NCBI RefSeq assembly: GCF_024305245.1
Contig: NZ_JAMWYX010000004.1
Location: forward strand, 192,616 to 256,615
Length of the DNA: 64,000 nucleotides
Direction: 5' to 3'
Source: Erythrobacter sp.
Lineage (GTDB): Bacteria; Pseudomonadota; Alphaproteobacteria; Sphingomonadales; Sphingomonadaceae
How positions within the stretch are numbered: the stretch's first letter is position 1; every line of letters begins with the position of its first letter. The position numbers were made by a program, and so were the translations under genes. The notes below the pieces were generated by a model. That model was not told the DNA's origin. It searched no databases and was given only the letters and a program-made list of their open reading frames with translations. Below are positions 50,508 to 59,247 of this stretch, one piece after another.

Positions 50508-51422
50508 ATGAAACACACCTTCCGAGCGCTCTGCGTCCTGCTGGTCGCAGCGTCCGTTTCGCTCGGCGCGCGCCCGGCGACGGCGCAGGAGACCGGCTGG
50601 AGGCTGGAACCCGACGCGCGGATCGAAGTGCAGACGGTAAGCGCCCAGACCACCACCCGCGACGATGATCTGGTGATCGATGGCGAGGCGGTATCCGTGC
50701 GCGCTCAGGTCGGCGCAGCACTGGAAAAGCGCGGCGTGCGGCTGCGGGTCGAGGCCGACCGTATCGAAGTGATCCGGCTGGGCGAAGACCGGCGCGATTT
50801 CGCCCGCGACCGCTTTACCGCGACGCTCCAGACCGATATCGAGAAAGACTGGGAGCTTCAGCTTCAAGCCCGCCACTACGACGATGCGATATCGGTCGAG
50901 GCGATCGACACCGACGAATGGCAAGGTTCTGCGCGGGTGACGTGGGAGCACGATCGCGCGCACCGGGTGCGCGTGCAGGGCACCTGGCGGGAACGCGAAT
51001 ATCGTAATGGTGCGGCTGCCGAGACCACTGGTGAGGGGCCGCGGGTCGATGCGCAATATCGCCGCCGGTTCGGGCGTTATCACTATCTCGCCTTCGATCT
51101 GCGCGCGGAATCGATCCGTTCGGACGAAGCGCGGCGCGGCTATGAACGCGAGTCCGCCGGCGTCGTCTATACCCGCCCGATCACCCCGGACCTGCGCGTG
51201 CGGCCCGCGATCGAGGTGATCCGCACCCGGTTCGACGGGCGGCTCACCGACGATGGCGAGCGTCGCCGCGACAGCCTGATCGTGCCCGAGGTCGAACTGT
51301 TGTGGTGGCCGGGCCAGTGGCGCGTCGAAGCCGAAGCCAAATACATCTTTTCCGGCAGCAACGAACCCGTGCGTGAGCGCGAAGGTTACCGACTGACGCT
51401 TTCGGTCGGATATGCGTTCTAG
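50508..51422 (+). CDS. Outer-membrane beta-barrel protein of unknown function
   Basis: Signal peptide (ARPATA|Q), alternating amphipathic strands throughout, terminal RLTLSVGYAF beta-signal. Confidence 0.8.
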   Translation: MKHTFRALCVLLVAASVSLGARPATAQETGWRLEPDARIEVQTVSAQTTTRDDDLVIDGEAVSVRAQVGAALEKRGVRLRVEADRIEVIRLGEDRRDFARDRFTATLQTDIEKDWELQLQARHYDDAISVEAIDTDEWQGSARVTWEHDRAHRVRVQGTWREREYRNGAAAETTGEGPRVDAQYRRRFGRYHYLAFDLRAESIRSDEARRGYERESAGVVYTRPITPDLRVRPAIEVIRTRFDGRLTDDGERRRDSLIVPEVELLWWPGQWRVEAEAKYIFSGSNEPVREREGYRLTLSVGYAF

Positions 51423-52461
51423 GCTGATTTCGACCTTCCGGCAGTTCTGGGAAAGAGCGACGCCGCAAATCCGGCGCCCGATCTATATCGGGTTGGTCGT
51501 CGGCCTGTGCATTGCTGCGCTGGTCGCGCTGGGCTTTGCCAACACGCAGGCTTTCTTCGCGCTGCCATCGTCATTCAACGGGGTCTCCACTTCGCAGGCG
51601 GTGTGGGGGCTGAAGCCGTCCAACCTGCTGATGGTGCTGCCGTTGGGGGCGTTTCTGGTGGTGCTGGCGCGCAGTTTCGTGGGCCTCAAGGCGTTCGGCC
51701 TGTTCACGCCGATGCTGATCGCGCTCGCATTCCTGCAGATCGGCCCGATCATGGGACCCGTGGTGCTGGTTTCATCGGTGCTGACGGGAATGCTGGTTAC
51801 GCCCACCCTGCTCAAACTGCGGATGACGCGCGTGGGGTTTTTGGGCGTGTTGATCTCGCTGATCGTGCTGGTGCTGGTTGCCTTGCAGATGATCCTCGAT
51901 ACCAAGCTTCAGGTGGATGCCTTTCCGGTGATCGTCTGCGGGCTATGCGTCGAACGCTGGTGGAAGCAATGGGGCAAGGATGGCGCAAAGCCGGCGGCGA
52001 AGATGGCGCTGAACACCTTCGTACTGGCGGTAGTGATCGAGTTTGTGATGGTCAGCGAATTCGCGCTGGCGCTGATCAATACCTCTCCGCTGCTGATGCC
52101 CGCGGCAACCGGGATCGCGATCGCCATTCTTGGCCGTTATCGCGGATTGCGGCTTTCAGAAATCGCCCGGTTCGCGCCGATCTGGCTTGAACGGCGGCGG
52201 AAGGCACGACAATCGGCCGATCCCGACCAGTTCGAGCTCGATCTGGAACCCTGCGCACGCGCTGAAGCGACCGTGCGCGCGCCGCCGCTTGATGGTATCT
52301 GGGTGATCCAATCGCCCGCGGACCTCACCCCCGGCAGGAGCAGGCGGGTTCCGCAACCGATCAGACCCAACAAGGAGGCCCAGTTCGAGCCTCGCCTTGG
52401 CGCAAATGGCCGACCGATGATCCACAATGCCTGGATCATCCGGTCGGCAGAGGACGTTTGA
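51412..52461 (+). CDS. 7TM protein of the 7TM_transglut type, lacking the inactive transglutaminase domain
   Basis: LPLGAFLVVLARSFVGLKAFGLFTPMLIALAF, FPVIV...VERW, LGRYRGLRLSEIARF. Overlaps the upstream gene by 11 nt. Confidence 0.85.
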   Translation: MRSRLISTFRQFWERATPQIRRPIYIGLVVGLCIAALVALGFANTQAFFALPSSFNGVSTSQAVWGLKPSNLLMVLPLGAFLVVLARSFVGLKAFGLFTPMLIALAFLQIGPIMGPVVLVSSVLTGMLVTPTLLKLRMTRVGFLGVLISLIVLVLVALQMILDTKLQVDAFPVIVCGLCVERWWKQWGKDGAKPAAKMALNTFVLAVVIEFVMVSEFALALINTSPLLMPAATGIAIAILGRYRGLRLSEIARFAPIWLERRRKARQSADPDQFELDLEPCARAEATVRAPPLDGIWVIQSPADLTPGRSRRVPQPIRPNKEAQFEPRLGANGRPMIHNAWIIRSAEDV

Positions 52462-52462
52462 G

Positions 52463-53398
52463 ATGTTCGGGTTGCTGCGCCGAAGATCGGCCAATTACGA
52501 TGCGTTGAGCAAGCTGCGCCCGCCGCAGTTTGACCGGATGGACGAGATCCTCGGGATCAACATGCGCAATGCCCTGATCGCAAAATACAACCCGCGCAGC
52601 GCGATCGAGCGCGCGCGTGACAAGGTGGCGGCCAAGGTCGCGCTGGAAGCGGCAGGGATTGCCTGCACGGGCACGGTGGCGGTGATCGATGACCATCAGA
52701 AACTTGGGCAGTTCAAACCCTTGCGCGATATGCCCGATGCCTGGGCGATCAAGCCTGCGCGCGGGTCGCAGGGCGACGGTATCCTGCTTGCCGTCCGGCG
52801 CGAAGGTAATATCTGGTACAAGGGATCAGGCGCGCCGTTGACCGAAGAAGCGGTGATGCATCACATCCAGAAGGTGGTCGATGGCGGCTTTTCCGGCGAT
52901 TCCGCGGCCGAGGACGCGGCGCTGATCGAACCGCTGATCATCGCCGATCCGGCGCTCGCCAGCATTGTGCCCGAAGGCCTGCCCGATCTGCGCGTCATCA
53001 GCCTGCATTACACGCCGCTGATGGCGATGGTGCGGCTGCCCACCAACGAATCCGACGGCAAGGCCAACCTCCACCAGCGGGCGATCGGCGCAGGAATATC
53101 GCTGGAAACCGGGCGCATCACCCGCGCGGTGGTCAAGGGCGAGGTCATCACGCACCACCCCGATACCGGCGTGCCGCTGATCGGGTTCGCAATTCCGGGT
53201 TGGGAGCGCGTGCTCGAACTCGCATCGAAATGCGGGCCTGCGGTTGGGCTGGGTTACTGCGGGGCGGACATCGTGCTCGACGTCAATGATGGTCCGCTGG
53301 TGATCGAAGTCAACGCGCACCCCGGGATCGAAATCCAGAACATCAATCAGGAAGGCCTGAAGGCGCGGATCGCGGCGACGGGTGAGGATTTCCGGTAG
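52463..53398 (+). CDS. Alpha-L-glutamate-ligase-like ATP-grasp protein
   Basis: ILGINMRN, RDK, IKPARGSQGDGIL, PDLRV, AMVRLPT..SDGKANLHQ, HPDTG, DIVLD...GPLVIEVNAHPG. Confidence 0.9.
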   Translation: MFGLLRRRSANYDALSKLRPPQFDRMDEILGINMRNALIAKYNPRSAIERARDKVAAKVALEAAGIACTGTVAVIDDHQKLGQFKPLRDMPDAWAIKPARGSQGDGILLAVRREGNIWYKGSGAPLTEEAVMHHIQKVVDGGFSGDSAAEDAALIEPLIIADPALASIVPEGLPDLRVISLHYTPLMAMVRLPTNESDGKANLHQRAIGAGISLETGRITRAVVKGEVITHHPDTGVPLIGFAIPGWERVLELASKCGPAVGLGYCGADIVLDVNDGPLVIEVNAHPGIEIQNINQEGLKARIAATGEDFR

Positions 53399-53434
53399 GC
53401 GGCGGCCGCATGGCACGCCGCCCTGGCTTCCGGG

Positions 53435-54502
53435 TCACTCCGCAGCGAGATCCGCGCGGGTGAGGGTGATCTGTTCCACCACCTTGCGGGCATTTTCCGC
53501 CATCGTCTCGGGCGGCATGGCGACCATGCCGATGCGGGCGAGCGCCCCGTCCTTGCCCCAGTTCTGAACCCATTGATCCAGATAGGCGCTGAGACCGGGA
53601 ATGGCGCGCATATGCGCTTTCTTTACATAGATATAAAGCGGGCGCGCGCCGGGATAGGCGAAGCTGGCAATGTTGTCGTAAGTCGGCTGGACGCCGTTCA
53701 TCGGCAGCCCCTGCACCTTGTCCGAATTTTCATCGAGATAGGAAAAGCCGAACACCCCGACAGCGCGCGGATTGCTTTCGATTTTCTGGACGATGAGGTT
53801 GTCCTGTTCGCCCTGATCGACATAGGCGCCGTCGTCGCGCACTTCGGTGCAGACCTGACTATAGCGGTTCTCGTCGCTTTCCTTGAGCGCAGCCATCTCC
53901 GGGTTCGAGGCGCAGCCGACTTCAAGCACCAGCTCCTTCAGCGCGTCACGCGTGCCCGAGGTACTGGGCGGCCCGTAAACGAGGATTCGCTCTGCCGGGA
54001 GCGCCGGGTCGACATCGGCCCAGGTTTCGGCGGTCTGTTCGCGGCCATAGGGATTGGCAGCCAGCGCTTCGTAGATTGTCTGCGGCGACAGGTTCAGCAT
54101 GATGCCGCCCTGCGCCGAGGCGAAGGCGATCCCGTCCAGCCCGACCTGAAGCTCGATGATCTCCTCGACATTATTGGCGGCGCAGCGATCGAATTCGCTT
54201 TCCTTCATCCGGCGCGATGCGTTGACCATGTCGGGGGTGTTGGAACCCAGCCCCTTGCAGAACAACTGGATACCATTGCCGGTGCCGGTGGATTCGATCA
54301 GCGGCGAGCGGAAATCGGTGTTGGAGCGGGCGAAGTTCTCGGCCACCAGCTTGGCGAAGGGATAGACTGTCGAAGAGCCGACTGCATGCACCGTGCTGCG
54401 CGCACTGCCCCCTCCGCCAGAGCTGTCGCAAGCGGTCAGAGCGAGTGCGGCGAGCGCCAGCGCAGCGCCGGTGCGGGCGAGGGAGGAGAGACGACGGGTC
54501 AT
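53435..54502 (-). CDS. pstS: Phosphate ABC substrate-binding lipoprotein, stand-alone
   Basis: Lipobox LTAC, VGSSTVYP, STGTGNG, NASRRMK, YGPPSTSGTRD, YPGARPLYIYVK. Confidence 0.9.
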   Translation of the reverse strand: MTRRLSSLARTGAALALAALALTACDSSGGGGSARSTVHAVGSSTVYPFAKLVAENFARSNTDFRSPLIESTGTGNGIQLFCKGLGSNTPDMVNASRRMKESEFDRCAANNVEEIIELQVGLDGIAFASAQGGIMLNLSPQTIYEALAANPYGREQTAETWADVDPALPAERILVYGPPSTSGTRDALKELVLEVGCASNPEMAALKESDENRYSQVCTEVRDDGAYVDQGEQDNLIVQKIESNPRAVGVFGFSYLDENSDKVQGLPMNGVQPTYDNIASFAYPGARPLYIYVKKAHMRAIPGLSAYLDQWVQNWGKDGALARIGMVAMPPETMAENARKVVEQITLTRADLAAE

Positions 54503-54545
54503 GGCAATTCCTGATTGGGGTTCAGGCGGTCGCTAGGGCCGGTTC

Positions 54546-54563
54546 GTGACAAGTGCATGACAT
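54546..54563 (-). promoter_or_regulatory. Pho box upstream of pstS
   Basis: Minus strand ATGTCAT-GCAC-TTGTCAC: two TGTCAY half-sites 11 bp apart, 43 nt upstream of the ATG. Confidence 0.85.
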
Positions 54564-54691
54564 CGACGAGGCTGCGGCGCAGGTAGCATCGGCCGAAAAG
54601 CACAACGTCATGAGTTTCAAACAAAATCGCTCCAAAATGGAGGTAACGCGCTTAACAGCATCGTAAGGGCTTTGGTGCTACTTGCGCGGGC

Positions 54692-56440
54692 ATGGCTCGA
54701 TTGCGCCTCACGGTATGGTTCTGGCTGGCTGCGGCGCTGTTCGCGCTGGGCCTTGCCGCGCCTGCTTCAGCCGATGACCATCATCTTGCGATTTTTCAGG
54801 CTGATTGTCATGCTGCATCGGGGGCCGACCGACCTGCCGGGGCGATGATCGATTCGGCTGCATGGAACTGCAGCGGTGCCGATTGGCAGGCCACCGCACC
54901 GGTGGCGTGGCTGCGTTTCGATGCGGAAAATTGGCACGGTTCGCGCGTGCCGCTCCAGTTCTTCAGCCGCACCTCGCGCCACGAGAAGATCACGCTCTAC
55001 GCGCTCGATAACGACGGCACCCTGCGCTCGCGTAGCTTCGCCGAAAGCGATGGCCGCCCGTTTGCCGGTGGGCCGGTTTTCCGCCTGCCCCTGCCATTGG
55101 TGACAGCCGAAACCGAAGCTGTGCTGGTACGGATCGAAAGCCCGCATTCGATCCCCTTGCTGACCGAAGCGGGGCTGGTGCGCCATGTTGAGGATGCGGG
55201 CCGATCGGTCGAGGAGATGATGCTGCTGGCGCTGGTGCTGGGAATGCTGGTGCTGCCGCTGCTGTTCGATGTCAGCTTCTACCTCGTCCTGCGCGAACGG
55301 TTCGTGCTGTTTCATGCGGCCATGGTCGTGGCGATGATGGGTTACGTGCTGTTTGCTGGCGGTGTGATTTCGGCGGTGGTGAGCCTGCCGGTCGTGTTCC
55401 TGGCCGTAATGGCGCCCCTGTCCTGGGCTGTGGGATGCGGGGCGGCGCTGTTGTTCCTCAGCGAATTTCTCGAACGCGGTGCGTTATCGCGTACGATGCG
55501 CCGGATCACCTTCTGGACGGGGTGCTGGACGATAGCGGTGCCCGGGTTTTTCTCGTTGCAGCTGCACGCCACGCAGGGCGTCGATGATGCCGCCTATTTC
55601 ATCACCATCACCCCGGCCGCCGTCGTGGTGTCGGCCGCGCTGGTGCATGCGATCCTGCGCGGCAGTCGTTCGGCCAAGTTTGTCGCAGTGGCGTGGTTCC
55701 CGCTGATCCTGACCTCGATCGAGCGGCTGGGTCGCGGCCTGGGTGTCTATGCCGGGCCGGCGAGCCTCGACATGATGATGTTCGTCGCAACCGGGATCGA
55801 GGTGGTGGTGATCAGCCTTGCGATTGCCGACCGCTTCCTCGCGATCCGCCACGAACGCGACGCCGCGCTGACCGAGGCGCGAATGCTGGAGCAGATTTCG
55901 ACCCGCGATTCGCTCACCGGCCTGATGAACCGCCGCGCGATCGAGGCGCGCTTCGATGAGTTGCTGGCGCAGGGCTTCGATACGTTCACGCTGGTCGATC
56001 TCGACCGGTTCAAGGCGATCAACGATCTTCACGGCCATCAGGTCGGCGATGCCGCGCTGATTGCCTGCGCCAATGCCATTCGTGCTGCCGGAGACCGGGA
56101 TTCGATCGCGGTCAGGCTCGGCGGTGAGGAATTCGTGGTGCTGCTGCGCGGCGAACGCACGCTCGAACGGGCCGAGGCGATGCGGCAGGCGATCCCGATG
56201 CGCATCGCAAAGGACGTTCCGGGGCTGGAACTGCCGGTGACCGCGAGCATGGGGGTGATCATGGTCTCGCGAACGGCGCACCAGACCATGCAGTTCGCCG
56301 ATTTCTACGCCCGCGCCGATGCGCTGATGTACGAGGCCAAGGCTGCGGGCCGCAACCGGCTCGCCTATGAGCGCCTGACGGTGTTCAGCGAGCCGCCGGC
56401 CGCGCGCCGACGCGCAGCGAATGACGAGGAAGCTGCCTAG
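54692..56440 (+). CDS. 7TMR-DISM-type sensor diguanylate cyclase
   Basis: Signal peptide, periplasmic beta domain (WLRF), about 7 TM helices, RDSLTGLMNRR, DLDRFKAIND, RLGGEEF, KAAGRN. Confidence 0.9.
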   Translation: MARLRLTVWFWLAAALFALGLAAPASADDHHLAIFQADCHAASGADRPAGAMIDSAAWNCSGADWQATAPVAWLRFDAENWHGSRVPLQFFSRTSRHEKITLYALDNDGTLRSRSFAESDGRPFAGGPVFRLPLPLVTAETEAVLVRIESPHSIPLLTEAGLVRHVEDAGRSVEEMMLLALVLGMLVLPLLFDVSFYLVLRERFVLFHAAMVVAMMGYVLFAGGVISAVVSLPVVFLAVMAPLSWAVGCGAALLFLSEFLERGALSRTMRRITFWTGCWTIAVPGFFSLQLHATQGVDDAAYFITITPAAVVVSAALVHAILRGSRSAKFVAVAWFPLILTSIERLGRGLGVYAGPASLDMMMFVATGIEVVVISLAIADRFLAIRHERDAALTEARMLEQISTRDSLTGLMNRRAIEARFDELLAQGFDTFTLVDLDRFKAINDLHGHQVGDAALIACANAIRAAGDRDSIAVRLGGEEFVVLLRGERTLERAEAMRQAIPMRIAKDVPGLELPVTASMGVIMVSRTAHQTMQFADFYARADALMYEAKAAGRNRLAYERLTVFSEPPAARRRAANDEEAA

Positions 56441-56838
56441 TCGCCGCGAAACGGCGCGAGCACTTCGGGCCGCACCCGCGCCAGCCTCCCCGATGCGCGA
56501 TCCAGCATCGCCCATGTCGTCGTCGCGCTGACGAGGCGTTTGCCGGAAGCATCGGTGAATTCCACCCGGCGGAGCGATTTGGCGCCCTGCGCCGGGCCTT
56601 CGATCCATGTGGTGGCGGTGACGCTTTCGCCTTCGAATACGTTCCCGCGATAATCGATCTCGTGCCGCACCACGACCCAGAAGAACGCCGCGCGATCTTC
56701 CGGGCGGGCAACGGCATCCCAGTGGGCGGTAGCCATGTCCTGAATCCACTGCACCCACACGGTGTTGTTGACGTGGCCGAGCTCGTCGATGTGCGAAGGT
56801 TCGGCCACGAAGGTGCGGGCGTAGCGGTTCGCGGTCAT
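56437..56838 (-). CDS. 4HBT-like acyl-CoA thioesterase
   Basis: HIDELGHVNNTVW, RHEIDY. ATGA overlap with ptrB. Confidence 0.9.
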   Translation of the reverse strand: MTANRYARTFVAEPSHIDELGHVNNTVWVQWIQDMATAHWDAVARPEDRAAFFWVVVRHEIDYRGNVFEGESVTATTWIEGPAQGAKSLRRVEFTDASGKRLVSATTTWAMLDRASGRLARVRPEVLAPFRGD

Positions 56839-59081
56839 TCCCCCTTGCTCTTGGGCGCCATCCCCATCTGCCACAGGATGAAGGCATATTCCTCCGCCGT
56901 TTCCTTCAGGCTGTTCCACCGGCCCGATTGCCCGCCGTGGCCTGCGCCCATGTTGGTCTTCATCAGCAGCAGGTTGTCGTCGGTCTTCACTTCGCGCAGC
57001 TTGGCGACCCACTTCGCCGGTTCCCAATAGGTCACGCGCGGATCGTTGAGGCCTGCCGTCACCAGCATCGGCGGATAATCCCGGGCCACCACCTGATCAT
57101 AGGGCGAATAGGACAGGATATAGGCAAAGGCCGCCTTGTCGGTGATCGGGTTGCCCCATTCCTGCCATTCGCCCGGCGTCAGCGGCAGTTTCTCGTTGAG
57201 CATCGTGCCCAGCACATCGACGAACGGCACATGGGCGACAATCGCGCCGTATTGCGACGGGTCCTGATTGATGATCGCCCCCATCAACTCGCCGCCGGCC
57301 GAACCGCCGCTGGCGGTCACCATGCCCTCGGCAGTGTAGCCCTGCGCGATCAAGCCGCGCCCGGCATCGACAAAATCGTTGAAGGTGTTGGTGCGTTCGA
57401 ACAGCTTGCCTTGCAGATACCAGCGCCGCCCCAGATCGTCCCCACCGCGAATATGCGCGATGGCATAGGCAAAGCCGCGATCGACGAGGCTGAGGCGCGA
57501 GGTCGAAAAGCCCGGCGGGATGGCATAGCCATAGGCACCGTAAGCATAAAGATGCAGCGGCCCCGGCCCTTCGACCCCGGCCTTCTTGAGGATTTCGGCG
57601 CGGTCTTTGCGCATCACGATGCTGACCGGCACCATCGTCCCGTCGCGCGCCTGCACGCTCACCCGCTCGGTAGTGTAGAGATCGGCGTCGTAACCGCTGG
57701 GAATTTCCTGCGTCTTCAGGGTTTCCAGCTTGGCCGTAGCCACGTCGTAATCATAGACCGTGCCGGGCGTCACCATACTCTGGTACGACAGCCGCAGCTT
57801 TTTCATGTCATATTCGGGATTGTTCGAAAGGCCCGCCGTGTAGCTGGCTTCGGGGAAGGTGATCGGCGTGATCCGGGCCGGATCGGAATATTGGCGCAGC
57901 TGGATCTGGTCGAGCCCGTTCAACCGCCCTTCGGTGACGAAGAAATCCTTGAACAGGTCGAAATCGGTCAGATAGAATTCGTCCGATCCCGCGATCACTG
58001 TCTGCCAGTCGTCCGGCGTTTCCAGCGATGCCTTGGCGAGGCGGAAGTTGATGTGATCATCATTGGTCCACACCCACAATTCATCGTCGCGCACATCGAC
58101 CGCATATTCGACGCCCTTCTGGCGCGGCTTCACGAGGATCGGGCGCGCGGTGGGGTTGGCGGCGGGGACAAGGCGCACTTCGCTGGTCTCGTTGTCGCCG
58201 GTGGCGATGATCAGCCAGTCTTCCTGCGCACTCAGCCCGGTGCCCACGCTGAAGCTCTGATCCTGTTCCTCGTAAAGCGTCACGTCCTGACCGGTCGGCG
58301 TGCCGATCATGTGCAGCTTGGCTTCCAGCGTGCGCCATTCCTCGGTTGCAGGGCTATAGACCAGCGCGGTGTCATTCGCGACCCACACCAGCCCGCCGCG
58401 CAGGTTCTCCAGCACATCGGGCAGATGCTCGCCGGTCTGCAAATCCTTGATCCGCGCGGTATAGCGCTCCGACCCGCTGGTGTCGGTCGAATAGGCCAGA
58501 TAGCGCCCGTTCTGGCTGACCGAAGCTGCGCCGAGGCTGAAATATTCCTGCCCCTCGGCAAGTGCGTTCTCGTCGATCAGCAATTGCGTCTCGCCGCCCG
58601 CGGCAGGCTTGCGATAATGCTTGCGGTACTGCGCGCCTTCCTCGAACTCGCTCCAGTAGATCCAGTCGCCGTCCTTCTGCGGAACGGTACTGTCGTCTTC
58701 CTTGATGCGCGCGCGCATTTCGGTGAACAGCGCCTCGGTCAGCGGGGCCTGGGCTGCCATGTTCGCCTCGAAATAGGCGTTCTCGGCCTTCACGTGATCG
58801 AGCACGTTCTCGTCATCCACCACCGGATAGGACTTGTCATACAGCCAGTCATACGGGTCTTCGATGGTGATCCCGTGGTGGGAGTAGGAATGCGGACGCT
58901 TCTCCGCGACCGGCGGCTTGATGTCGCCGGTAGACTTGGGGGCAGGCGTTTGGGCAGCGGCGGCGGCAGATGTGGTCACGCGGGCGAAATCCTCACTATT
59001 GGTCGCCAACACGGCGGCAGGGGCAAAGGTGGTGGCGGTGAGCGCGGTGGCAAGAGCGATGGCGCTGATGCGGTGGGTCAT
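56835..59081 (-). CDS. ptrB: Secreted S9A oligopeptidase B
   Basis: DPYDWL, YGAYG, HIRGG, GGSAGG (Ser), LNDPRV (Asp), AGHGG (His). Signal peptide. Confidence 0.93.
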   Translation of the reverse strand: MTHRISAIALATALTATTFAPAAVLATNSEDFARVTTSAAAAAQTPAPKSTGDIKPPVAEKRPHSYSHHGITIEDPYDWLYDKSYPVVDDENVLDHVKAENAYFEANMAAQAPLTEALFTEMRARIKEDDSTVPQKDGDWIYWSEFEEGAQYRKHYRKPAAGGETQLLIDENALAEGQEYFSLGAASVSQNGRYLAYSTDTSGSERYTARIKDLQTGEHLPDVLENLRGGLVWVANDTALVYSPATEEWRTLEAKLHMIGTPTGQDVTLYEEQDQSFSVGTGLSAQEDWLIIATGDNETSEVRLVPAANPTARPILVKPRQKGVEYAVDVRDDELWVWTNDDHINFRLAKASLETPDDWQTVIAGSDEFYLTDFDLFKDFFVTEGRLNGLDQIQLRQYSDPARITPITFPEASYTAGLSNNPEYDMKKLRLSYQSMVTPGTVYDYDVATAKLETLKTQEIPSGYDADLYTTERVSVQARDGTMVPVSIVMRKDRAEILKKAGVEGPGPLHLYAYGAYGYAIPPGFSTSRLSLVDRGFAYAIAHIRGGDDLGRRWYLQGKLFERTNTFNDFVDAGRGLIAQGYTAEGMVTASGGSAGGELMGAIINQDPSQYGAIVAHVPFVDVLGTMLNEKLPLTPGEWQEWGNPITDKAAFAYILSYSPYDQVVARDYPPMLVTAGLNDPRVTYWEPAKWVAKLREVKTDDNLLLMKTNMGAGHGGQSGRWNSLKETAEEYAFILWQMGMAPKSKGE

Positions 59082-59089
59082 GCGAAGGC

Positions 59090-59144
59090 GATCCATTGTT
59101 GGGCCATTCTTTGGCCATTCTCGGGCCATTCTCGGGCTGTTCAC
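59090..59144. repeat. Five imperfect 11-bp direct repeats between divergent ptrB and aminopeptidase P
   Basis: GATCCATTGTT / GGGCCATTCTT / TGGCCATTCTC / GGGCCATTCTC / GGGCTGTTCAC. Confidence 0.75.
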
Positions 59145-59247
59145 GGGTGTCCGGGTGGAAAGACGCGGCCAACCGGACTATGTTGGCGGTTCTAGTGATA
59201 CATTCCCGCGCGGCAAGAGCCTGCGCCGATACCTGAGGATCGATGCC

